From an uncultured bacterium (lineage in GTDB: Bacteria; Eisenbacteria; RBG-16-71-46; CAIMUX01; WJJG01), in the NCBI GenBank assembly GCA_964612295.1, contig CAZTDY010000009.1, forward strand, positions 25,992 through 89,991: a DNA stretch of 64,000 nt. Reading direction: 5' to 3'. How positions within the stretch are numbered: the stretch's first letter is position 1; every line of letters begins with the position of its first letter. Below, piece after piece: positions 36,220 through 44,331 of the stretch. A program made the position numbers and the translations under genes. The notes beneath the pieces were generated by a model. That model did not search any database. It was not told the DNA's origin and saw only the letters and a list, made by a program, of their open reading frames with translations.

Positions 36220-36289
36220 TCGTCGCGACCAGCCTTCGCCAAGAACATAGGAGACCGCCTAACTGGAACGTGCTGCCGAAAGAAACAGG

Positions 36290-37246
36290 ATGACCCCACG
36301 AGAATCATTCATCGCCGCACTGAATCGCGGGACCCCTGCCGGGCGGGTCCCGCATTTCGAGCTGGAGTTCTTTCTCACCATGGAGGCCTTCGGGCGCGTC
36401 CACCCGTCGCAACGTTCCTACGGGCAGTGGAGCCAGATGTCCGACCAGGAGCGGGATCTGCACAGGCGGGATGTGGCCGATCTCCAAGTCGCGGTTGCCC
36501 GCCGCTTTGAGCACGCGGGGATGCTCTACCACTCCCCGGGCGGCTGGAACGTGGAGGACACGCGCCTCTCGATCGATCATGTGCGCGAGCTTTCGGGATT
36601 GGACTACCTGATCACCCTTCATGGCGATGCGACCTACTCGCTCCCGAGTGGAGACGAGATGATGGACTTCGTCATGAAACTGGCCGAGCAGCCGGAAGAG
36701 ATGAAGGACAACGCGCAGCGTCACGTGGATGCGGCCCTACGGCAGGGTGAGCAGATCAAGACCTGGGGCACGGTGGACGGCTTCTGTCTGTGCGCGGATT
36801 ACTGCTTCAATGACAATCCGTTCCTGTCTCCGGCCATGTTCGACGAGTTCGTGACCCCCTATCTCGCCCAGCTCGTGTCCGGCTACCGTGAGATGGGCTT
36901 CTATGTCATCAAACATACGGACGGCAACATCATGCCGATCCTGGATGCTCTGGTCGCGGCGCGTCCGCACGCTCTTCACAGCCTCGATCCGCAGGGGGGC
37001 GTCGATTTGGCGGAGGTGAAGCGCCGGGTTGGCGACCAAGTCTGCTTGATCGGCAATGTGAACTGCGCTCTGCTTCAGACGGGTTCGGCCGACGAGGCCG
37101 CCCAGGATGTGCGCCGGGCGCTCTCGCAGGGAATGCCGGGAGGAGGTTACGTCTTCAGCACCAGCAACTGCATCTATACCGGCATGGACCTCGAGCGGTA
37201 CGAGCTGATGCTGGAGGTTTGGCGCGAGTACGGCGTGTACGAATAG
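36290..37246 (+). CDS. Uroporphyrinogen decarboxylase-like (URO-D/MtaA family) protein
   Basis: CADYCFNDNPFLSP.MFDEFVTPY, IKHTDGNIMPILD, HSLDPQGGVDL, CLIGNVNC, GGGYVFSTSNCI. Confidence 0.85.
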   Translation: MTPRESFIAALNRGTPAGRVPHFELEFFLTMEAFGRVHPSQRSYGQWSQMSDQERDLHRRDVADLQVAVARRFEHAGMLYHSPGGWNVEDTRLSIDHVRELSGLDYLITLHGDATYSLPSGDEMMDFVMKLAEQPEEMKDNAQRHVDAALRQGEQIKTWGTVDGFCLCADYCFNDNPFLSPAMFDEFVTPYLAQLVSGYREMGFYVIKHTDGNIMPILDALVAARPHALHSLDPQGGVDLAEVKRRVGDQVCLIGNVNCALLQTGSADEAAQDVRRALSQGMPGGGYVFSTSNCIYTGMDLERYELMLEVWREYGVYE

Positions 37247-37258
37247 GAGAGGAAGGCG

Positions 37259-37843
37259 ATGGCAGGCAAACCCAGAGTACTCCTGCTGGGAGACTCGATC
37301 CGCATGAGCTATCAGACGCACGTTGCGCGCTTGCTCGGCGGCAAAGCGCAGGTCGTGGGGCCCGCGGACAACTGCCAGTACAGCCTCTACACGCTCTCTT
37401 CGTTCGACAGATGGATCGATGAGCTGGGGACGCCGGACATCGTCCACTGGAACAACGGGATCCATGATTCAGGCCACAATCCCGCCCGCAACCCTGTCCA
37501 GATCCCCATCGAATCGTATCGGGCCAACCTGGAGTTCATCCTTGAGCGACTGACCGCCCTGACCAGCAAGATCGTCTGGGCGACCACGACCCCGGTCCAT
37601 CCGGACCGGCCCTTTGTCGACCTCGACTGGTCGTGGCGCAACGAGGAGATCGACCAGTACAACCAGGTGGCCGGGGATCTCATGGCCGGCCACGGCATCC
37701 CCGTCAATGACCTGCACGGGCTCGTCTGGAGGAACGTCTCGGAGTGCCTGAGTGAGGATCAGCTACATTTGTCCGAAGCGGGAGAGGCGGCCTGTGCAAA
37801 GGCAGTCGCCGACAGCCTTCTTCCCTGGCTCATGCCGCAGTAG
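37259..37843 (+). CDS. SGNH/GDSL hydrolase
   Basis: Block I LLGDSIRM, block III HWNNGIHD, block V EDQLHL. Confidence 0.9.
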   Translation: MAGKPRVLLLGDSIRMSYQTHVARLLGGKAQVVGPADNCQYSLYTLSSFDRWIDELGTPDIVHWNNGIHDSGHNPARNPVQIPIESYRANLEFILERLTALTSKIVWATTTPVHPDRPFVDLDWSWRNEEIDQYNQVAGDLMAGHGIPVNDLHGLVWRNVSECLSEDQLHLSEAGEAACAKAVADSLLPWLMPQ

Positions 37844-37870
37844 GGATCCGCGGAGCCGGATCTTGTCAGC

Positions 37871-39061
37871 CTATCCCCGCGGCGTTCTCGTCCAGTCCTG
37901 CTCGCCCCGGCCGAGCAGTCCCTTCAATGAGATGCGCGCGAGCCTCCACACGAGCAGCGGCGACCGAAGAATGAAGCCAAGGCGCGTGCGATTGACCCCC
38001 AGAAGCAGGATCCCGAGCGCGAAGTAGACCGCCAGCCCGGCGAGCGCCACCAGCGACCAGGTGAACACCAAAGCCGCGCCGGGCCCAGGCGTCAGAATGA
38101 TGCTCAGCAAACTGATGAGAAACGCGAGTCCCGCCAAGGCGAGCACCAACGGCCGACTGAGGACGAGCAGCGTCCATCCCCCATCGAACTGCATCAGGTT
38201 GGCCTGCGAGAGCCCGCGGTGCATCAGTCCGAAAGACTGAGATCGGCCCAGGCTCAGATTGCCTTCCGCCCACCGGGTCCGTTGCGCCTCCAGTTGCTCA
38301 CCGCTGATCGGAAACGCCGAGGAGACCTTCACCTCCTTGATGAACTTCACTTGCACCTTCTCCTTCAGGAGCCGGAGGGAATAGTCCACATCCTCAGCGA
38401 CCGAGTAGGCATCCCAGGGAATGCGCTCGAGAACATCCCGGTGCAAGACCATCCCGGTTCCGCGTAGGAGCACCGCCAGCCCGAGGGCCGACTTCGGCGC
38501 GTAGAAGAGATCGTTCTCCAGGAGATTACCCACCGCGAGCGCGTAGCTCATGGGCGCATCGTCGGGGTTCGAGGTCACGTCGTTGGCCTGCAGGACGAGG
38601 GCAGCCCCCTGGATCTGCTCGTCGAACACGCGCAGGGCGTGCGCGTCGATCACGCAGTCCGCATCCAGAATGAGGAACGCATCGATCGGCTCATTGAGAA
38701 GCTGCTCGAACGCCCAAGCAAGAGCGAAGCCCTTGCCCCGCTGCTCAGCGTTGGTGCGCTCAAGAACCTGTGCCCCACATCGGCGGGCCATCGTAGCGGT
38801 CGCGTCCGTGCAGTTGTCCGCGATGACCACCGTCCGCACCAGCTCGGCCGGGAAATCCAGGGCTTGGCAGGATTCAATCGTGGCGCGAATCGCCTCTTCT
38901 TCATTGTGGGCGGGCACGATGATTGCGAAGCGCGTGGCAGGAGGCGCATCCGATCGGTTTTCTCGACGGACAGGCAGCAAGAGCCCCACCACGGCCAGGG
39001 CCAGGTAGTAGGCCACGACCACGGATGCCGGCAGTAGAAAGATGAGCGCTAGATAAGTCAT
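37871..39061 (-). CDS. Glycosyltransferase family 2 (processive, cellulose-synthase-like membrane GT)
   Basis: N-terminal TM; IIVPAHNEE, ADNCTD, GKGFAL, LDADC, LRGTGM, AEDVD, QRTRW (QxxRW); C-terminal TMs; RBS GGAGAGG before ATG 39061. Confidence 0.92.
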   Translation of the reverse strand: MTYLALIFLLPASVVVAYYLALAVVGLLLPVRRENRSDAPPATRFAIIVPAHNEEEAIRATIESCQALDFPAELVRTVVIADNCTDATATMARRCGAQVLERTNAEQRGKGFALAWAFEQLLNEPIDAFLILDADCVIDAHALRVFDEQIQGAALVLQANDVTSNPDDAPMSYALAVGNLLENDLFYAPKSALGLAVLLRGTGMVLHRDVLERIPWDAYSVAEDVDYSLRLLKEKVQVKFIKEVKVSSAFPISGEQLEAQRTRWAEGNLSLGRSQSFGLMHRGLSQANLMQFDGGWTLLVLSRPLVLALAGLAFLISLLSIILTPGPGAALVFTWSLVALAGLAVYFALGILLLGVNRTRLGFILRSPLLVWRLARISLKGLLGRGEQDWTRTPRG

Positions 39062-39231
39062 CCCCTCTCCCGCAGTGAACCGCAAACCACCATGCCTCTC
39101 ATACCGCATGGGAGCCCATCGTCAACTATAATGACGGCCGCCGGAGAGGCGATCTTTGCACAATCCGCCCCAAATGCGAAACGGCGCCCCAGCCAAGCTG
39201 AGACGCCGCCTCACACTATGTGAAAATCGAC

Positions 39232-41979
39232 CTACCTCACGAGCAGCAGGCGCCCTTCCTGCTGGCCGTTCCGGTCGCCGACCTTGTAGAGATACATGCC
39301 GGCGGGGACCATCGTGCCGTTCTGATCGCGTCCATCCCAGTGGAGCCCCTGCACGCCGGCGGGCAGCAGGCTCTCGAGACTCCGAATCTGACGGCCCTGC
39401 AGATCAAAGACCTGAGCCTTCACGATGCCGCCCTGGCCAAGTTCGAATCGCAGCGTGGTCGCTCCGGGACCCGGGTTGGGCGCAGCGCCCATCAGCCGGA
39501 GACCCACGGCCAGCTGGTTCTCACTGATGCCCTGGCTGCCCTCGACCGTGAAGCTGGCCGCCGCCATGCAGGGACCGCGCTCCTCGCCGTCGTCGGCGAA
39601 GGCCCGCCAGTAGTAGGTGCCGTCGGCCAGCGGCGGGCTGACGTACCAGGCGGTCTCGGTAGCGCCTTCGGCCACACCATCGGTCGCGGTCACCAGGCTG
39701 GTGAGCAGCTCATCCGCGAAGACCTGGTAGCCGTAGGTCAGCGTGGTGCCCGGATCGGGATCGGTCGCGTTCAGGACGACCAACTGCGGGGTCGAGGTGT
39801 GCACCAGCTCTCCGTCGCCAGGACTGACCAGCGCGGGCGGGCCCGGCGCGGTGTTGTCCGTGCTCAGGCCGGAGATCAGGAGATCATCGACGTACCAACC
39901 TTCTCCCCCGCTGTTCCCGTCGGAGCCGAAGCGGAAGCGGAACTGCGCCTCGCCCGTGACGCCCGCCAGAGAGATCGTGCCTGCGGTCCAGTTGAAGCTG
40001 CCCGAGTAGACCGGCGTATCCTCGGCGAACGGCCCCGGCTGGCTTCCCTCACGGATCGTGTGGGTGTAGCCCTCGTCGGGCAGAATCTGCACCCAGGGAG
40101 CCTCATTCACCTTCATCTCGATGAGTCCGCCGTCATAGGCCCGGCCGGTGTAGTAGCTGCTGTCCTCGGCATCCATCCAGTGCCAGAAGCTGATCTGGGT
40201 GACGCTGCCGAGCTGGACCGGGGGCGTGATCAGCGCGCCATCGGCCAGGTCCGCGTAGTCGCCGCTGCCGGTGGATCCGAACTTCCAGCTCGTGTCGCCG
40301 CCGCCCGTATGATTGCGCGCCGTGCTCAGGTGCCACTCGTCGGCGAAACCGCCGGTGACGACCTCGTGAGTCCAGTCGCCCTGACCCGACTCCATGTCAT
40401 CAGCGAAGAGGACGGGCATGTCACCCACCGTGTACTCACGCACAAATTCCATCTCGTAGCCGTCCGCAGTCACCAGGATCGAAAGCACCAGGTTGTGCCC
40501 CGCCGGACAGGCCGGATCGACGAAGAAGGAAGCCGGCGTGCCGGCGTTGTCGCCCGTCTCGCGCGCGGCGATGCTGCCCATCGAGGCCTCGGCCGTGATC
40601 ATCTGCACGTACGGATCGTCGGAGCGCAAAACTACGGCGGCGTTCGTCGCGTCAGTGACGATCGCGTCGTTGCGCACGGAGAGGACCACGTCCAGCGTCT
40701 CGCCCGGATCCGGCTTGCCGTCGCCATTGCCGCCGCTCATGGTCAGATCGAGCAGCGTCAGATAGATGCCGGCGGCCTTCATCAGATAGATGTTCTTGGG
40801 GATGTTCTCAGCGACCAACCCCGGGATCTCGGAGTCGCTGGGCCAAAACCCGGAGCCGTTCACCTCGGTGCAGATGCTCCAGACGCGCGGCTTCATCTCC
40901 GTGTCACCGTACGTCCAGTCGAAGGTTGTACCCGAGCAGCTGTAGCCGATCATCGGGCCGGCCTGGCCGACGGGATAGTCCGAGTCTCCGACCAAAGCCG
41001 TGCCGTACTCCATGTAGAGGTCATTGTGCGGGCAGGGATTGTCGGTCCAGCTCCACGGAATGAGAACAACTCCCGCAACGCTGTGGTACGTGTCATGGGT
41101 AATGAACTCATGGTCCATGATGATGTTCATCATCGCCTGCACTTCAGGTTCCGAAGCAGGCTCCGGCCCCAGATAGACGTCATTGCACGGATCGTAGCTG
41201 ATGCCGCCGTTGTCCCACATGTAGGGGTAGTTGCGGTTGGGATCGACGCCGTAGCAGGAGCTGCCCTCGTTGTCGCGGCGGTTCTTGCGCCACATGCCAC
41301 CCCCGCCCGGGTAGGTCGATTCGTTGTAGAGGTATCCGTCCGGATTCACCACCGGAATGAAGTAGGTCTCCCGGTTGTCCACGAGGAAGGTGACTTCCGG
41401 ATCGGTACCGTAGTTTTCGCACAGGTGGCGAATCGTCTCGATCAGCACGTTGACCGTGATCGGCTCGCGGGCGTGGTGAAGGGCATCCATGAGGACGTCG
41501 GGCTCGTCAGGCTCATCGACCCCGACGTTGTCCGACAACTTGATCGCCCAGATCGTGTTTCCTTCCCAGGTCGTGCCGATGGAAAACTTGTCGCTGAGAA
41601 TCTCGGGATAGGCCGCGCTGAACTGGTCCAGATAGGCGACCATCTCACTGTAGGTGTAGAAGTCCCCGAAATTGCGCATCCCCTCGCGCTGGCTCGCGTA
41701 GTGCTCCTCCATGTCCGCGATCTGGATTTCGACCTCGAAACCCAGCGCCTCCAGCCGCTCGATCTGGTCATCATTGCTGACCAGAATGATCTCTTCGCCG
41801 GGCACGTACTTCATCACGTCGAGATCCTGGATCTGGCTGAGGGTCTGCAGATCGATTGCATCGACCCATTGGAGACGAACCTGCATCTTGGGGTGGTTGC
41901 CGGTATAAGCCGTTGCGCTTGAGAAAACCATGCAACCGACTGCCACGACAAGCGTTAGAAGGGCGAGACGCTGACGCAT
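39232..41979 (-). CDS. Secreted M14 zinc carboxypeptidase (carboxypeptidase T-like) with accessory domains and FlgD Ig-like C-terminus
   Basis: RBS GGAGG before ATG 41979; signal peptide; pro-domain; HHAREP, WRKNRR, GVDPNRNY, TYHS, catalytic TEV; MAM-like domain; C-terminus PNP...GRQIRSL...HWDGRDQNGTMVPAGMYLY. Confidence 0.92.
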   Translation of the reverse strand: MRQRLALLTLVVAVGCMVFSSATAYTGNHPKMQVRLQWVDAIDLQTLSQIQDLDVMKYVPGEEIILVSNDDQIERLEALGFEVEIQIADMEEHYASQREGMRNFGDFYTYSEMVAYLDQFSAAYPEILSDKFSIGTTWEGNTIWAIKLSDNVGVDEPDEPDVLMDALHHAREPITVNVLIETIRHLCENYGTDPEVTFLVDNRETYFIPVVNPDGYLYNESTYPGGGGMWRKNRRDNEGSSCYGVDPNRNYPYMWDNGGISYDPCNDVYLGPEPASEPEVQAMMNIIMDHEFITHDTYHSVAGVVLIPWSWTDNPCPHNDLYMEYGTALVGDSDYPVGQAGPMIGYSCSGTTFDWTYGDTEMKPRVWSICTEVNGSGFWPSDSEIPGLVAENIPKNIYLMKAAGIYLTLLDLTMSGGNGDGKPDPGETLDVVLSVRNDAIVTDATNAAVVLRSDDPYVQMITAEASMGSIAARETGDNAGTPASFFVDPACPAGHNLVLSILVTADGYEMEFVREYTVGDMPVLFADDMESGQGDWTHEVVTGGFADEWHLSTARNHTGGGDTSWKFGSTGSGDYADLADGALITPPVQLGSVTQISFWHWMDAEDSSYYTGRAYDGGLIEMKVNEAPWVQILPDEGYTHTIREGSQPGPFAEDTPVYSGSFNWTAGTISLAGVTGEAQFRFRFGSDGNSGGEGWYVDDLLISGLSTDNTAPGPPALVSPGDGELVHTSTPQLVVLNATDPDPGTTLTYGYQVFADELLTSLVTATDGVAEGATETAWYVSPPLADGTYYWRAFADDGEERGPCMAAASFTVEGSQGISENQLAVGLRLMGAAPNPGPGATTLRFELGQGGIVKAQVFDLQGRQIRSLESLLPAGVQGLHWDGRDQNGTMVPAGMYLYKVGDRNGQQEGRLLLVR

Positions 41980-42193
41980 GAAGGACCTCCTGTGTGTTCC
42001 GCATTGCTCGGGGGCATTCCTCCCCCCGCTGGTGAGCCACAATTCGGGTCACTATACATATGTATTCTACCACGAATCAGGCCTGTTCGTCCTGCCGGAT
42101 TGACGCTCGCGGGGCGTTCCCGTAGGTTTTGCGGCACAGCACACAGAGCGGTTTGTGGCCCTCAAGGGAATGATGGGAAAGGAAGGCAGCTGC

Positions 42194-42958
42194 ATGGCGG
42201 ATAAAGCAGGGAAAGAGGATCTGTTGGGACAGGTCGCGATCGTGACCGGCTCGGCGAGGGGGATCGGCAAGGCCATCGCGCTCGCCCTTGCGACCCGTGG
42301 CGCGGATGTGGTCATCACCGACGTCGATGAGAGCCAAGCCAAGGCGACCTGCGAGGAGATCAAGGCTCTGGGGCGGCGTTCCTTGGCGGTGCGCTGCGAC
42401 GTATCGAAGAAAGATGAGGTCGATGCGCTCATCAAGCAGACCACCGGCGAGATGGGGGCGCTCGACATCATGGTCAACAACGCCGGGATCACCCGCGACA
42501 CGCTGTTGGTGCGCATGAGCGAGGATCAGTGGGACCTGGTGCTCGACATCAATCTGAAAGGTACCTTCTTCGGCTGCCAGGCGGCCGGCAAGGTCATGAT
42601 GAAGGCGCGCAAGGGCAAGATCGTCAACCTGGCCTCGATCATGGGGCTGGTCGGCAATGTCGGCCAGGCGAATTACGCCGCATCGAAGGGCGGGGTGATC
42701 GCCTTGACGCGCACCGCCGCCAAGGAGCTTGCTTCGCGAAACGTAAACGTCAATGCGATCGCCCCGGGCTTCATTGAGACCGAGATGACCAGGGAGCTGC
42801 CCGAGAAGTCCGTGCAGCAGTTTGTCGAGACGGTCCCTCTCAAGCGGACGGGCAAGCCGGACGATGTGGCCAACCTGGTCTGTTTCCTCTGCTCACCGGA
42901 GTCGGAGTACATCACGGGGCAGGTGATCGTCATCGACGGCGGTCTGACAATCAACTAG
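42194..42958 (+). CDS. fabG: 3-oxoacyl-ACP reductase (SDR)
   Basis: [63 protein letters not shown]. Confidence 0.85.
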   Translation: MADKAGKEDLLGQVAIVTGSARGIGKAIALALATRGADVVITDVDESQAKATCEEIKALGRRSLAVRCDVSKKDEVDALIKQTTGEMGALDIMVNNAGITRDTLLVRMSEDQWDLVLDINLKGTFFGCQAAGKVMMKARKGKIVNLASIMGLVGNVGQANYAASKGGVIALTRTAAKELASRNVNVNAIAPGFIETEMTRELPEKSVQQFVETVPLKRTGKPDDVANLVCFLCSPESEYITGQVIVIDGGLTIN

Positions 42959-43007
42959 AGACCGGGGCGCGCTCGCCTGCAGGGCGCTCGCAAGGGAGAG
43001 AAAACAG

Positions 43008-44309
43008 TTGGCGGCTGACGACCAAGCCCGATCGGCCAAAGCGCTGCTCGCCCGTCTGGATGACGATGAGCTTCGCCGGGCCGAGAAGCGCATCCACAGC
43101 TCGCGCAAGATGCTGCTGGAGTTGCTCGAGGAGTTGGTGCAGATCCGCTCCGAGAACCCTCCCGGCGAGAACTACTTAGAGTGTGCGCTGCTTCTGTCGG
43201 AACGATTGCGTGATCTGGGTTTCGTTCCCCGGCTGATCGACGTGCCGACCCACGAACTCGAGCGGCTCGGGTTGCCGGCGAAGTGCCCGCGACCATCGGT
43301 GCTTGCCAGCCTGGGACCCGAGGGCCCCAACGTCCCGACCTTGCACTTCCATGCGCACTACGACGTCGTTCCGGCCGAGGGTGAGAAGATGTTCAAGCTG
43401 CGGGTCGAAGGCGATTCGGCCTGGGGCCGCGGCACGGCCGATATGAAGGGCGGGATCGTCTCTCTCTTCCTCGCGCTGTCGTCGCTCAAGAGTCTCAGCC
43501 ACCGGCTGCGGGGCCGAATCCTGCTTTCGCTCGTGCCCGATGAGGAGACCGGCGGTGCAGCCGGGACCTCCTATCTCTTCCGCGCCGGCGCACTGCCGAC
43601 GAACTCGATCGGGATGCTCACGCCCGAGCCCACCGGCGGCGTGGTCTGGAACGGGAACCGCGGCGCCCTCACCCTCCTGCTGGAGGTGGGCGGGCAGATG
43701 GCGCACGTCGCGGTTCAGCACCAGGGGAAGAACGCCTTCGAGGGAATGCTCGAACTCGGGCAGATGCTGCGAGAACTCAAGACCGAGGTCGAAGGCCGCC
43801 AGTTCGAGAGCGGCGACCTCGGCATCGACGGGCCGCACTCGATTCTGCTTCTCGGCGGTATCGCGCGGGGTGGCACAAACTTCAACGTCGTGCCGGATGC
43901 CGTGCGGTTCTCCGTGGACCGGCGCTATCATCCGGATGAGATCCCCAAGACCGTGTCGAAGGAACTCGATTCGGTCTTCCGGAAGTTTCGGCGGCGCGGA
44001 TGGCATCTCGATGTGGATCGACTGCAGGAGGGCAACGCCTCGCTCACCCCGCAAGGGAGTTCCTTCGCCGACCTGCTCAGCGGTGTCGTCGGTTCCGTCG
44101 CGAAGAAGCCCCCCGTCTTCGGCCTCTGCCCGGGAATCCTCGAGAGTCGGTTCTTCATCGAACAGGGCACACCCGCCTTGGCCTACGGTCCCGGCGAGCT
44201 GGAGATCAGCCACACGGACCAGGAGCGCGTGAGCATCCGCAAGATCCTGGACGTTGCCACGATCTACACGCGCATGGCTTGGTTGATGGTGGGGCCGTCA
44301 CCGGACTGA
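43008..44309 (+). CDS. M20 family metallopeptidase/deacylase (ArgE/DapE-like)
   Basis: HAHYDVVP, GRGTADMKGG, PDEETGG, PEPT, AHVA, NVVPD, GPG...SHTDQE; TTG start. Confidence 0.9.
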   Translation: MAADDQARSAKALLARLDDDELRRAEKRIHSSRKMLLELLEELVQIRSENPPGENYLECALLLSERLRDLGFVPRLIDVPTHELERLGLPAKCPRPSVLASLGPEGPNVPTLHFHAHYDVVPAEGEKMFKLRVEGDSAWGRGTADMKGGIVSLFLALSSLKSLSHRLRGRILLSLVPDEETGGAAGTSYLFRAGALPTNSIGMLTPEPTGGVVWNGNRGALTLLLEVGGQMAHVAVQHQGKNAFEGMLELGQMLRELKTEVEGRQFESGDLGIDGPHSILLLGGIARGGTNFNVVPDAVRFSVDRRYHPDEIPKTVSKELDSVFRKFRRRGWHLDVDRLQEGNASLTPQGSSFADLLSGVVGSVAKKPPVFGLCPGILESRFFIEQGTPALAYGPGELEISHTDQERVSIRKILDVATIYTRMAWLMVGPSPD

Positions 44310-44331
44310 ACTTGAGCCTGACCCCTCTCGA

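Noticed and set aside
39120-39136. CGTCA-ACTATAA-TGACG dyad upstream of the GT2 gene
   Set aside because: Only 5-bp arms, expected by chance; no matching promoter geometry found.
39220-41922. 900-aa plus-strand ORF
   Set aside because: Antisense shadow of the M14 carboxypeptidase; composition reflects the reverse complement of biased codons.
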